From assembly GCA_016179875.1 (NCBI GenBank), contig JACPCH010000031.1:1-44122 (forward strand): 44,122 bases of DNA. The letters run 5' to 3'. Position 1 is the first letter of the stretch; the number at the start of each line of letters is the position of its first letter. The position numbers and the translations under genes were made by a program. Of this stretch, positions 18,402 to 28,573 are shown one piece after another. Under the pieces are notes generated by a model. The model was not told the origin of the DNA, did no database searches, and worked only from the letters and a program-made list of their open reading frames with translations. Origin of the DNA: Candidatus Rokuibacteriota bacterium. Its GTDB lineage: Bacteria > Methylomirabilota > Methylomirabilia > Rokubacteriales > CSP1-6.

Positions 18402-19780
18402 CGCGGGCACGAGTCGATACCGTGGTCCATGGCGGCCTGGTGGTGACCTCCAGCACGGTCACCCCCGCCGCGATCGCCATCAAGGACGGGCGCATCGCGG
18501 CGATCGGCGAAGAGTCGATGATGCCGGACGCCGCCCGGTCGATCGACGTCGGCGGCAAGTACGTCTTTCCGGGCCTGATCGACGCCCACACCCACATCTG
18601 GTCGGAAGGCTTCGGGGTGACCACCCGCGCCGCCGCCTGCGGGGGCGTGACGACGACGCTGATCTTCCTCCGGGGCGACGCCAACGACAACATCTTCGAG
18701 GTCGCCACGGAGTCCAAGCGACAGGCGGTCGAGCAGGCGCACGTGGACTACGGCTTCCACGTCTACCTCTTCGACCGGGCCAGCATGATCGAGGAGCTCG
18801 AGGGGACGATGAAGCTCGGGATCCCGACCTTCAAGATGTTCATGGCCTACAAGAAGCGCCAGATGAAGGTCAGCAACGAGTTCATGCTCCGGGCCATGCA
18901 GACGATCAAGCGGCTCGGCGCGACGGCCATGGTCCACGCCGAGAACGGGGAGATGATCGATGTGCTCGAGGACCAGGCCATCGCCGCCGGGTGCTGCGGC
19001 GCCGAGCACTTCTACCCGACCCGGCCCAACGTCGCCGAGGGGGAGGCGGTCAACCGGGCGATCGAGATCGCGACCCACGTGGGGTGCCCGCTCTACATCG
19101 TGCACCTGTCCAGCGCCGAGGGCCTCGCCCGGATCAAGGCGGCGCGCGACGCCGGCCTGCCGGTGTGGACCGAGACCTGCCCGCAGTACCTGCTCCTGAC
19201 GGACGACGACATGCGCAAGTGGGGGCCGCTCGCCAAGATCGCCCCGCCGCTCCGGACGCGGCAGGACAACGAGGCGCTGTGGACGGGCCTGGAGCGCGGC
19301 TGGATCCCGGTGCTGGCCACCGACCACGCCTCCTACCCGCCGGAGGCCAAGGAGGTGGGGAAGAAAGACATCTTCCAGGCGGCGTTCGGGGCGCCCGGGG
19401 TGGAGACGCTGGTGCCGCTGGCCTTCAGCGAAGGCGTGGTGAAGCGCGGGCTGGGGCCGTCGTGGCTCGCGCGCGTGCTGAGCGAGGGCCCGGCCAAGAT
19501 CTTCCAGATCTACCCGAAGAAAGGCGCGCTGCAACCGGGCTCCGACGCCGACCTGGTCGTGATCGACCCCGACAAGCGCGTGCTGCTCCAGGCGAAGAAC
19601 CTCCACCAGGGCGCCGGCTACACGCTCTTCGAGGGGCGCGAGGTGCGCGGCTGGCCGGTCCTGACCATGGTCCGCGGCCAGGTGCTGCTCGACAACGGCG
19701 AGCTCAAGCAGGGCCCGGGCTTCGGCCAGTTCCTGCACCGCCCGATGGACGGCCACGCGCCCGCTGCGCGAACGACCTGA
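18398..19780 (+). CDS. hydA: Cyclic amidohydrolase, dihydropyrimidinase/hydantoinase/allantoinase family
   Basis: Binuclear metal ligands PGLIDAHTH, FKMFMAY (carboxylated Lys), MVHAEN, YIVHLS, ATDHA; also ETCPQYL and GSDADLV. Confidence 0.9.
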   Translation: MTRARVDTVVHGGLVVTSSTVTPAAIAIKDGRIAAIGEESMMPDAARSIDVGGKYVFPGLIDAHTHIWSEGFGVTTRAAACGGVTTTLIFLRGDANDNIFEVATESKRQAVEQAHVDYGFHVYLFDRASMIEELEGTMKLGIPTFKMFMAYKKRQMKVSNEFMLRAMQTIKRLGATAMVHAENGEMIDVLEDQAIAAGCCGAEHFYPTRPNVAEGEAVNRAIEIATHVGCPLYIVHLSSAEGLARIKAARDAGLPVWTETCPQYLLLTDDDMRKWGPLAKIAPPLRTRQDNEALWTGLERGWIPVLATDHASYPPEAKEVGKKDIFQAAFGAPGVETLVPLAFSEGVVKRGLGPSWLARVLSEGPAKIFQIYPKKGALQPGSDADLVVIDPDKRVLLQAKNLHQGAGYTLFEGREVRGWPVLTMVRGQVLLDNGELKQGPGFGQFLHRPMDGHAPAARTT

Positions 19781-19798
19781 GAAGAGGAGGACACCACC

Positions 19799-20941
19799 AT
19801 GCGCACGCTCGCACGACTCGTCGTCACCGCCGTCGTCCTGGCCTGGCTCGGCGCCTCGCCCGCCGGCGCCCAGGACACCGTGAAGGTCGGGTTCATCAAC
19901 CCGCTCACCGGAGGCTCGAGCTTCTACGGGCAGAGCCTCCTGCACGGGGCTCAGCTCGCCGTCGAGCAGGCCAACGCCAGGGGCGGCCTCCTGGGCAAGA
20001 AGATCGAGCTGGTCGCCGAGGACGACCGCTCGGTGCCGGCCGACGGCACCTCGGCCGCCATCAAGCTCATCACCCGCGACAACGTGATCGCCATCATCGG
20101 CACCTACAATAGTTCGGTCACGCTGGCCGTGGGCGACGTGGGCCGCCGCTACGGCGTGCCGCAGATCGTGAGCTCGGCCATCGCCGACTCGATCACCGAC
20201 CGGAACGACCCGGCCAAGCCCTGGACCTTCCGCGCCAACTCGCGGGCGGGCGATCAGGCGGTGGCCATGATCCACTACCTGGTCGAGATCCGGAAGGCGA
20301 GGACCGTGGCGATCCTGGAAGAGAACACCGACATGGGCTCCGGCTGCGGCGCGGCCATCCGCAAGGAGGTCGAGCGGCGCGGGGCCCGGGTGGTGGCCGC
20401 AGAGCGCTACAACCACGGCGAGGCCAACTTCTACTCGATCATCACCAAGCTCAAGGGCCTCGGCCCCGACGGCGTGGCCCTCTGCAGTATCATCGCCGAG
20501 GGCGCCCAGATCGTGCGTCAGGCCAGGGACCTGGGCCTCAAGACCGTGTTCATGGGCAACACGGCCTTCAACCACGACAAGATCATCGAGCTGGCCGGTG
20601 ACGCCGCCTCGGGCCTCGTGGCCAACGCCACCTTCGAGGCGACCTCCAAGCGCCAGATCGCGCGCGACTTCGTCGAGGCCTACCGGACGAAGTTCGGCGA
20701 GTTCCCGCAGTACACGGCGGCCCAGGGCTTCGACGCGGTCCTGGTCCTGCTGGACGGCGTCAAGCGGGCGGGGGGCTTCGACCGCGAGAAGATCCGCGCC
20801 GCGCTCCAGGCCACCCGGAACCTGCCGCGCGTCGAGTCGGGGCCGCTGACCTTCGACGCCCAGGGGCAGGCGATGGGCTTCAAGTTCTCATACGTGACCT
20901 TCCGCGAGGGCAAGCGCGTCCTGATCTACGAGCCGGAGTGA
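19799..20941 (+). CDS. ABC transporter substrate-binding protein, LivJ/LivK type (second system)
   Basis: Signal peptide ending AGA-Q; VKVGFINPLTG...NARGGLLGKKIELVAEDD. Confidence 0.93.
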   Translation: MRTLARLVVTAVVLAWLGASPAGAQDTVKVGFINPLTGGSSFYGQSLLHGAQLAVEQANARGGLLGKKIELVAEDDRSVPADGTSAAIKLITRDNVIAIIGTYNSSVTLAVGDVGRRYGVPQIVSSAIADSITDRNDPAKPWTFRANSRAGDQAVAMIHYLVEIRKARTVAILEENTDMGSGCGAAIRKEVERRGARVVAAERYNHGEANFYSIITKLKGLGPDGVALCSIIAEGAQIVRQARDLGLKTVFMGNTAFNHDKIIELAGDAASGLVANATFEATSKRQIARDFVEAYRTKFGEFPQYTAAQGFDAVLVLLDGVKRAGGFDREKIRAALQATRNLPRVESGPLTFDAQGQAMGFKFSYVTFREGKRVLIYEPE

Positions 20942-20972
20942 GCGGGGCGGAAGGCGGAAGACCGGGCCGGCG

Positions 20973-21836
20973 ATGACGCTCGTCCTGTTCGTCCAGCACC
21001 TGGCCAACGGGCTCATCACCGGAGGTCTCTACGCGCTGGTGGCGATCGGGCTCTCCCTGATCTACGGGGTGCTCCGGATCATCAACTTCGCGCACGGCGA
21101 GATCTTCGCGGTGGGAGCCTATGTGGGCTTCTTCCTCTGGCGCGTGCTGGGGGTCCCGCTCCCGCTCGCCTTCGTGGGGGCGATGGTGGGCACCGCGGCC
21201 ATGGGCGTCGCCGCCGAGCGCCTGGTCTTCCGCCCGCTCCGCTTCGCCGACCCGCTGAACTCGATGATCAGCGCCATCGGCCTCTCCTTCCTGCTCCAGA
21301 ACCTGATCCTCCAGGTGGGCGGGGCCGAGCCGCGCCGGCTCGACCCCTTCATGAGCGGCGTGCTGCTGGTGGGGCCTATCGCGCTCCCGCTCCAGTACCT
21401 GTTCATCCTGGGGCTCGCCGGCGTCCTGATCGCGGCCATCGAGGTCTACCTCCGCCGCGCCTGGAACGGGCTGGCCCTTCGCGCGAGCTCCCAGGACCTG
21501 GGGACCGCCGCGCTCATGGGGGTCAGCATCGACCGGCTGGCGCGGGTCACCTTCGCGGCCGCCTCGGCGCTCGCGGCCGCGGCGGGCGTCCTGGTGGGCT
21601 CGGTCTTCCTCCTCCAGCCCACGATGGGCGTGTCGATGGCGGCCAAGTGCTTCGTGGTCGTGATCCTGGGAGGCGTCGGCAACCTGCCCGGCGCGATCGT
21701 GGGCGGCCTCGTGCTCGGGGTCGCCGAGAGCCTGGCCGTGGCCTACGTGTCCACCGCGCTCCGCGACGTCGTCGCGTTCGTGGTCCTCATCGTGGCGCTC
21801 CTCTTCCGCCCGCAGGGGCTCCTCAGGGGCGCATGA
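20973..21836 (+). CDS. livH: HAAT ABC permease (LivH-like)
   Basis: GGLYALVAIGLSLIYGVLRIINFAHGE; KCFVVVILGGVG. Confidence 0.93.
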   Translation: MTLVLFVQHLANGLITGGLYALVAIGLSLIYGVLRIINFAHGEIFAVGAYVGFFLWRVLGVPLPLAFVGAMVGTAAMGVAAERLVFRPLRFADPLNSMISAIGLSFLLQNLILQVGGAEPRRLDPFMSGVLLVGPIALPLQYLFILGLAGVLIAAIEVYLRRAWNGLALRASSQDLGTAALMGVSIDRLARVTFAAASALAAAAGVLVGSVFLLQPTMGVSMAAKCFVVVILGGVGNLPGAIVGGLVLGVAESLAVAYVSTALRDVVAFVVLIVALLFRPQGLLRGA

Positions 21837-22819
21837 TGCTCGCCGAGAGCTCTCACCGCTGGCCCTGGCTCCTCCTGCTCGCCGTGGCCGTCGTGGGGCC
21901 GCCGCTCACCGGCGAACCCTACGTCGCGCACCTGATGGTGCTCGGCTCGCTCTCGGCGCTCCTGGCCGTGGGGCTCAACGTCGCACTCGGCTTCGCCGGG
22001 CTCTTCTCGTTCGCCCAGGGAGCCTTCTACGGGATCGGCGCCTACGTGTCGGCGCTCCTGGTCCTCTCGAGCGGCGCGGGGTTCTGGACGGCGTTCCTGG
22101 CGGCGGGCGTGGCCGCGGGCCTCGCGGGGCTCCTGCTGGGTCTCCTGACCATCCGGCTCGGCGGCCATTACCTCGCCATCGCGACGTTCGCCTTCCAGGA
22201 AATCGTCATCGTCGTCATCCGCAACTGGGACAGCGTGACCAAGGGCCCGCTCGGCCTCTCCGGGGTGCCGGGCCCCGCGCCGCTCGCGCTGCCGGGGCTC
22301 CCGCCGCTCGAGTTCCAGAGCGAGCTGGCCTACTACTACCTGGCGCTCGCGGTGCTGGTCCTGGCCGTCGCGGTCTCGTGGCGGCTCCGGACCTCGCAGA
22401 TCGGGCTCGAGCTGCTGGCCGTGCGCGACGACGAGGTCGCGGCCCGCGCCATGGGCGTGCGCGCGGTGCAGCTCAAGATCTTCGCCTTTTCCGCGAGCGC
22501 GGTGCTGGCGGGGCTCGCCGGGAGCCTCTTCGCCCACTACGTGAAGAACGTCTCGCCCGAGTCCTTCGCCGTGGCGACGTCTTTCGCGGTGCTGGTGTCG
22601 GTGCTCGTGGGCGGGCTGGGGACGATCATGGGGCCGGTCCTGGGCGGGATCGCGCTCACGTTCCTGCCCGAGTACCTGCGCGTCTTCCAGGAGCACCGCT
22701 TCACCATCTACGGCGCGCTCCTGATCGTGGTGGTCATCGCCCTGCCCGGCGGCGTCGCAGGAGGACTCCAGACCCTCGCGCGCCGATGGCGGGCGCGCGC
22801 CCAGGCGGCCCGGCCGTGA
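21833..22819 (+). CDS. livM: HAAT ABC permease (LivM-like)
   Basis: GLNVALGFAGLFSFAQGAFYGIGAY; AVRDDEVAARAMG; ATGA overlap. Confidence 0.92.
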   Translation: MMLAESSHRWPWLLLLAVAVVGPPLTGEPYVAHLMVLGSLSALLAVGLNVALGFAGLFSFAQGAFYGIGAYVSALLVLSSGAGFWTAFLAAGVAAGLAGLLLGLLTIRLGGHYLAIATFAFQEIVIVVIRNWDSVTKGPLGLSGVPGPAPLALPGLPPLEFQSELAYYYLALAVLVLAVAVSWRLRTSQIGLELLAVRDDEVAARAMGVRAVQLKIFAFSASAVLAGLAGSLFAHYVKNVSPESFAVATSFAVLVSVLVGGLGTIMGPVLGGIALTFLPEYLRVFQEHRFTIYGALLIVVVIALPGGVAGGLQTLARRWRARAQAARP

Positions 22820-23578
22820 GCGCGTCGCTCCTCGAGGTGCGGGGCCTCAGCAGGTGGTTCGGCGGGCTCGCCGCCGTCCAGGGCTTCGAGATCGCCGTGG
22901 CCGAGGGCCAGATCGTCGGGCTCATCGGGCCCAACGGCGCCGGCAAGACCACGATCTTCAACCTCCTGAGCGGAACGCTCCGCCCCTCGGCGGGCGAGGT
23001 GCGCCTGGCGGGCGCCTCCATCGTGGGGCGGGCGCCGGAGGCGATCGCGCGCCTGGGGCTCGCCCGGACCTTCCAGGACCTCCGGCTCTTCCGCCGCCTC
23101 ACGGCGCGCGAGAACGTGGTGGTGGCCGCCTTCTGCCGGGCGCCGAACTCGCTGGTGTCGTGGACTTTCCCGCGACACCAGAAAGGGCTCGCCGGCTTCG
23201 CGCGGCAGGCCGAGGAGCTCCTGGAGTTCGTGGGCCTCACCGACAAGGCGGGGGATCTCGCCATGTACCTCTCGCACGGCCAGCAGCGTCGCCTGGAGGT
23301 GGCGCGCGCCCTGGCCACCGGCCCGCGGCTCCTCCTCTTGGACGAGCCGGCCGGCGGGCTCGGCCGCATGGAGAGCGAGATCATGACGCGGCTGATCCAG
23401 CGCATCCGGGCGAGCGGCGTCACGCTCGTCTTGATCGAGCACAACATGCACTTCTTGATGCCGCTGGTCGACCGCGTTGCGGTCATGAACTTCGGGCGGA
23501 AGATCGCCGAGGGGACGCCGGCGGCGATCCGGGAGGACCCCGAGGTGGTCGCTGCCTACCTCGGGACGGCGCAGGCCC

Positions 23579-23592
<14 letters not shown>
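22816..23592 (+). CDS. livG: HAAT ABC ATPase (LivG-like)
   Basis: GTG start overlapping the upstream stop; GPNGAGKTT, ARTFQD, LLDEPAGG, IEHNM. Confidence 0.94.
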
Positions 23593-24283
<691 letters not shown>

Positions 24284-24284
24284 A

Positions 24285-24380
24285 CTAGGAGGCTGTCGGA
24301 GTATCGAGGAGCGCCACGGCGGAGCATGGGCGGTCCGAGTGTATGGGGGGTATGGAGGGCCATTTCGGGGCCCCCGATTC
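24285..24380 (+). repeat. REP/MITE-like intergenic element, copy 1
   Basis: CGAG-N4-TGGGGGGTATGGAGGGCC-ATTTCGG-GGCCCCCGAT imperfect hairpin, similar to 26779-26819; preceded by CTAGGAGGCTGTCGGAG. Confidence 0.55.
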
Positions 24381-24402
24381 AACGAAGTCTCGGAGGAGCG
24401 CA

Positions 24403-26733
24403 ATGGCGCAGATCGTGGTGGGCCAGTCGATCGATCGGGTGGACGCGGTGGCGAAGGTCACGGGGGCGGCGGTGTACGGGGTGGACGTCCGCTTCGCCGG
24501 GATGCTGGTCGGGCGGGTCCTACGGGCGGGGGTGGCGCACGCGCGCATCACCCGCCTGGACACCTCCGCGGCCGCGAAGGTGCCGGGGGTGCGCGCCATC
24601 GTGACCGGGCGCGATCATCCCAAGCTCCACGGCCTCATCGTGAAGGACCAGCCGGCGCTGGCGGTGGACCGCGTCCGCTACGAGGGCGAGGTGGTCGCAG
24701 CGGTCGCGGCCGAGGACGACGAGGCGGCCCAGGAGGCTCTCGACCGCATCGTGGTCGAGTACGAGGAGCTGCCGGGGGTTTTCGACCTCCGCGAGGCGAT
24801 GCAGCCGGGGGCGCCGCTGGTCCACGAGGATCCGGCCGCCTACGAGCGCTCCCAGTCCTCGTCGGGCTTCACCTACGCCGTCAACGCCGTGGCGCAGAGC
24901 AACGTCTGCTTCCACTTCAAGCTCCGCCGGGGCGACGTCGACGCGGGCTTCGCCGGCTCCGAGCTGGTCGTGGAGGACACCTTTTCGACGCCCTTCATCC
25001 AGTACGCCCACCTGGAGCCGCACGTCGCCGTCGCCCTCTGGGACAGCGGCGGCACCCTCACCTTCTGGGCGAGCACCATGGGCCCCCACACGCTCCGGAG
25101 CATGCTGGCCGACCTGCTCGACCTCCCGCTCTCGCGGGTGCGCGTGATCACGAACATGGTCGGCGGCGGCTACGGCTCCAAGATGTACCTCCGCGCCATC
25201 AACCCCGCCGCCGCGCTCCTCGCCCTGCGGGTGCCGAACCGCCACGTGCGGATCGTGTTCGACCGGGAGGACGAGTTCCTGAGCTGTGCGGGCCGGCTGC
25301 CCACGGTCACGACCATCAAGACGGGGGTGAAGAAGGACGGCACCCTGGTGGCGCGGAAGGCGACCATCCTCTGGGAGAAGGGCGCCTACGTCGACATCGG
25401 CCCCATCATCACGCGCAACGCGAGCTACTGCTCGCTCGGCCCCTACCGACTGCCCAACGCGTGGATCGACGGCTACCTCGTCTACACCAACCGCCAGCCC
25501 GGCGGAGGCTTCCGCGGGCTCGGCATCCCGCAGGTGGCGTGGGCGGGGGAGCAGCAGATGGACCGCGTCGCGCGGGAGCTGGGCATGGACCCGCTGGAGC
25601 TCAGGCTCCGCAACATCTACCAGGACGGCGACATCACCATCACCGGGGAGCGCCTCCAGAACGTCGGGGTGCGCGCGTGCCTGGAGGGCGCCGCCCAGCG
25701 GCTCGGCTGGGAGCGCCCGTTCGAGCGGAGGGCGCCGACCGGCGGGCTCCGCGGCCGCGGCCTCGCCTGCATCCTCAAGTCCACGCTGACGCCGACCGCC
25801 TCCTTCGGCATCGTGAAGCTGAACGACGACGGGAGCGTCGACGTCCTCACGAGCGCGGTCGAGCACGGCCAGGGCGCCTACACCGTGCTGACCCAGATGG
25901 TCGCCGAGGAGCTGTCGGTCCCGATCGAGAAGATCCGCTGCACCACGCCGGACACGAGCGTCACCCCGTACGACCGGTCGTCGACCTCGAGCCGCACCAC
26001 GTTCCACGTCGGGAACGTCGTCCGGCTGGCGTCGATCGACGCCCGCACGCAGCTCATGGAGATGGCCGGCGCCGTGATGGAGGTCTCCACCAAGGACCTC
26101 GAGCTCCGCGACGGACAGATCTTCATCCGCGGGGTGCCCGACCGGAGCCTCCCCTACGGCCAGGTGATCGTCAAGTTCTACGGCGGCCCCGCCAACATCG
26201 TCGGTCGGGGCGAGTTCTCCACCAAGGCCCTCTACGATCCGATGGACACCGAGACGGGGCAGTCCAAGCGCCCGACGATCTTCTGGATGTACTCCGCCCA
26301 CGGGATCGAGGTCGAGGTGGATCCCGAGACCGGCCAAGTCCGGGTGACGCGCGTCGTCTCCGCCTCCGACGCGGGGAAGGCCATCAACCCGCTGACCTGC
26401 GTCCAGCAGATCGACGGCTCCGCCGTCATGGGCCTCGGCATGGCGACGATGGAGGAGGTGGTCTTCGACGGCGGCCGCACCCTCAACCCGACGTTCCTCG
26501 AGTACAAGGTGCCCACGACGCTCGACGTGCCCGACACCGAGACCGTGATCGTCGAGAGCGGCCACCCGGAAGGGCCGTACGGCGCCAAGGGGATCGGCGA
26601 GTCCGCGCTCGCCTCGATCCCCGCCGCCATCGGGAACGCCGTCTATGACGCGATCGGCGTGCAGATCAAGGACCTGCCGATCCGGGCCGAGCGCGTCTAC
26701 CGGGCGCTCCGGGCGGGCGCTCAGAGCCCGTGA
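24403..26733 (+). CDS. Xanthine-oxidase-family molybdopterin-binding large subunit L2 (XdhA/HcrA-like branch)
   Basis: RVDAVAKVTG, AHLEPH, VGGGYGSK, GGFRGLGIPQ, EHGQG, TSSRTT, GPYGAKGIGE. ATG 24403 has a GGAGGAG RBS. Confidence 0.95.
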   Translation: MAQIVVGQSIDRVDAVAKVTGAAVYGVDVRFAGMLVGRVLRAGVAHARITRLDTSAAAKVPGVRAIVTGRDHPKLHGLIVKDQPALAVDRVRYEGEVVAAVAAEDDEAAQEALDRIVVEYEELPGVFDLREAMQPGAPLVHEDPAAYERSQSSSGFTYAVNAVAQSNVCFHFKLRRGDVDAGFAGSELVVEDTFSTPFIQYAHLEPHVAVALWDSGGTLTFWASTMGPHTLRSMLADLLDLPLSRVRVITNMVGGGYGSKMYLRAINPAAALLALRVPNRHVRIVFDREDEFLSCAGRLPTVTTIKTGVKKDGTLVARKATILWEKGAYVDIGPIITRNASYCSLGPYRLPNAWIDGYLVYTNRQPGGGFRGLGIPQVAWAGEQQMDRVARELGMDPLELRLRNIYQDGDITITGERLQNVGVRACLEGAAQRLGWERPFERRAPTGGLRGRGLACILKSTLTPTASFGIVKLNDDGSVDVLTSAVEHGQGAYTVLTQMVAEELSVPIEKIRCTTPDTSVTPYDRSSTSSRTTFHVGNVVRLASIDARTQLMEMAGAVMEVSTKDLELRDGQIFIRGVPDRSLPYGQVIVKFYGGPANIVGRGEFSTKALYDPMDTETGQSKRPTIFWMYSAHGIEVEVDPETGQVRVTRVVSASDAGKAINPLTCVQQIDGSAVMGLGMATMEEVVFDGGRTLNPTFLEYKVPTTLDVPDTETVIVESGHPEGPYGAKGIGESALASIPAAIGNAVYDAIGVQIKDLPIRAERVYRALRAGAQSP

Positions 26734-26740
26734 ACGAATC

Positions 26741-26820
26741 GCCTGTCGAGCCGCGTCCCGGGTCCCCCGGGGCGCGTGCGAGCGCTGGGGGGCTTGGGGG
26801 GCCCGTCGAGGCCCCCCATG
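26741..26820 (+). repeat. REP/MITE-like intergenic element, copy 2
   Basis: CGAG-N3-TGGGGGGCT-TGGGGGGCC-CGTCGA-GGCCCCCCA, a perfect 9-bp stem; GCCTGTCG upstream as in copy 1. Confidence 0.55.
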
Positions 26821-26843
26821 TCCTCAGAGAGGGAAGTGACGCG

Positions 26844-27227
26844 ATGGACGAGCGGAAGGCGTACCTCAGCGAGATGGCCCGGACGCGCGGGTATGTGCTG
26901 GACTACCATAAGATCCTCGTGGCCGAGGATCTGCCGTTCATGAAGGCCGTGAACGGCGCCCTCGCCGTGTCCTACACCGATCAGCGGCGCCTGGACCGGA
27001 AGACCAAGGAGCTCATCTCGATCGCGCTCCACGCCGCCCTCGGCTCCGGGAAGAATCACATAAAGGCCCACATCGAGGTCGCCCGGCGGCACGGCGCCAC
27101 CAAGGAGGAGGTCCTCGAAGTGCTGGAGCTCCTGGCGCTGCCCTGCGGCTTGCCGAAGTTCATGCTGGGGTTCGAGGCGTGGACGGAGGTCTTTCCGGTG
27201 GAGCGAGTCGAGCTGGACCAGCCATGA
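26844..27227 (+). CDS. Carboxymuconolactone decarboxylase / AhpD-like (CMD) protein
   Basis: LDRKTKELISIAL...HIEVARRHGATKEEVLEVL...CGLP; no CxxC. In-frame GTG at 26730 is an alternative start. Confidence 0.88.
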   Translation: MDERKAYLSEMARTRGYVLDYHKILVAEDLPFMKAVNGALAVSYTDQRRLDRKTKELISIALHAALGSGKNHIKAHIEVARRHGATKEEVLEVLELLALPCGLPKFMLGFEAWTEVFPVERVELDQP

Positions 27228-27246
27228 GGGCGCCCCGGGAGGCAAC

Positions 27247-28551
27247 GTGGCGGAGGAGACGGGCCCAATGGATCTGATCGTCCGCAACGCGCGCCTGCGG
27301 GGGTGGGAGACCCTTCAGGACGTTGCCGTCGGCGGCGGGAAGGTCGTCGAGATCGGTGCCGTCCAGGGACGGGCGCGCCACGAGATCGACGTCGAGGGGC
27401 GGCTGCTGACGGCGTCGTTCGTGAACCCCCACGTCCACCTCGACAAGGCCCTGCTGGCCGAGCGGATGCGGCCGAACCGCTCCGGGACGCTCGAGGAGGC
27501 GGTCGAGATCACCCACGAGTTCAAGCGCCACTACACCATCGCCGACGTGAAGGCGCGGGCCGCCCGCGTCCTCGAGATGGCGGTCGCCACCGGGACCACC
27601 CTCGTCCGCGGGTTCGCCGACGTCGACGGCATCGGGGGCCTCACGGGGCTCCAGGCTCTCCTCGAGCTGAAGCGGGAGTACGCCGATCTCGTCGACCTCC
27701 AAGTGGTGGCCTTCCCGCAGGAGGGCCTGATCCGCCACCCGGACGCGCGGGACCTCCTCGGGGAGGCGCTGGAGCTGGGCGCCGACGTGCTCGGCGGCTT
27801 TCCCTGGTTCGAGTACCTCGACGACCAGGCGCGGGCCCACATCGACGCGATCTTCGAGCTGGCGCGGCGCCACGACCGCCCGATCCACATGCTCGTCGAC
27901 GACGCGCCGGAGGATCCGACCACCCGGAACCTCGAGTACCTGGCCCTCCGGACCATCGCCGAGGGCTGGCAGGGCCGGGTCTGCGCCAGCCACGCCTGCG
28001 CGCTCTCGAGCTACAACGACTATCACGCCCGCCGCGTGATCACGCTGGTGCGGCAGGCCGGGATCTCGGTGGTCACCAACCCGCACATCAGCCTGATCCT
28101 CAAGAACCGGGGGGACCATCAGCCGATCCCCCGCGGGATCACGCGGGTCAAGGAGTTACTCGCCGCCGGCGTGAACGTGGTCTTCGGTCAGGACGACGTG
28201 CTCGATCCGTTCTACCCGTTCGGACGGGCCGACATGCTCGAGGTCGCGTCATTCACCGCCCACGCGGCCCACCTGAGCCTGCCGGAGGAGATCGAGCGCG
28301 TCTGGGACATGGCCACCGAGCACGCGGCGCACGCGCTCGGCGTCGCCGACCACCGGCTCGGTGTCGGTCTTCCCGCCAACCTCGTCGTGGTCGACGCCCC
28401 CACCGTGGTGGAGGCCCTGCGCCGGCAGGGGCCGCGGCGCCTGGTCATCCGGTCCGGACGCGTGGTCTTCGAGTCGCGGACGGAGTCCCGGTTGATCCGA
28501 GCCGCCAACCCCGAGCCGGCGACGGGTCGGGCGGCGCGGGAGGCGAGATGA
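27247..28551 (+). CDS. Cytosine-deaminase-like (CodA/AtzC family) amidohydrolase
   Basis: NPHVHLDKA, LQVVAFPQEG, ASHACAL, ITRVKEL, FGQDDVLDPFYPFG. The usual DxHxDE segment reads HMLVDD. Alternative start ATG 27268. Confidence 0.9.
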   Translation: MAEETGPMDLIVRNARLRGWETLQDVAVGGGKVVEIGAVQGRARHEIDVEGRLLTASFVNPHVHLDKALLAERMRPNRSGTLEEAVEITHEFKRHYTIADVKARAARVLEMAVATGTTLVRGFADVDGIGGLTGLQALLELKREYADLVDLQVVAFPQEGLIRHPDARDLLGEALELGADVLGGFPWFEYLDDQARAHIDAIFELARRHDRPIHMLVDDAPEDPTTRNLEYLALRTIAEGWQGRVCASHACALSSYNDYHARRVITLVRQAGISVVTNPHISLILKNRGDHQPIPRGITRVKELLAAGVNVVFGQDDVLDPFYPFGRADMLEVASFTAHAAHLSLPEEIERVWDMATEHAAHALGVADHRLGVGLPANLVVVDAPTVVEALRRQGPRRLVIRSGRVVFESRTESRLIRAANPEPATGRAAREAR

Positions 28552-28573
28552 AGGCGAAGGCGGGGGTGGCGAC

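Noticed and set aside
26844-27227. AhpD alkylhydroperoxidase
   Set aside because: The CxxC motif is absent, so it is kept as a generic CMD-family protein.
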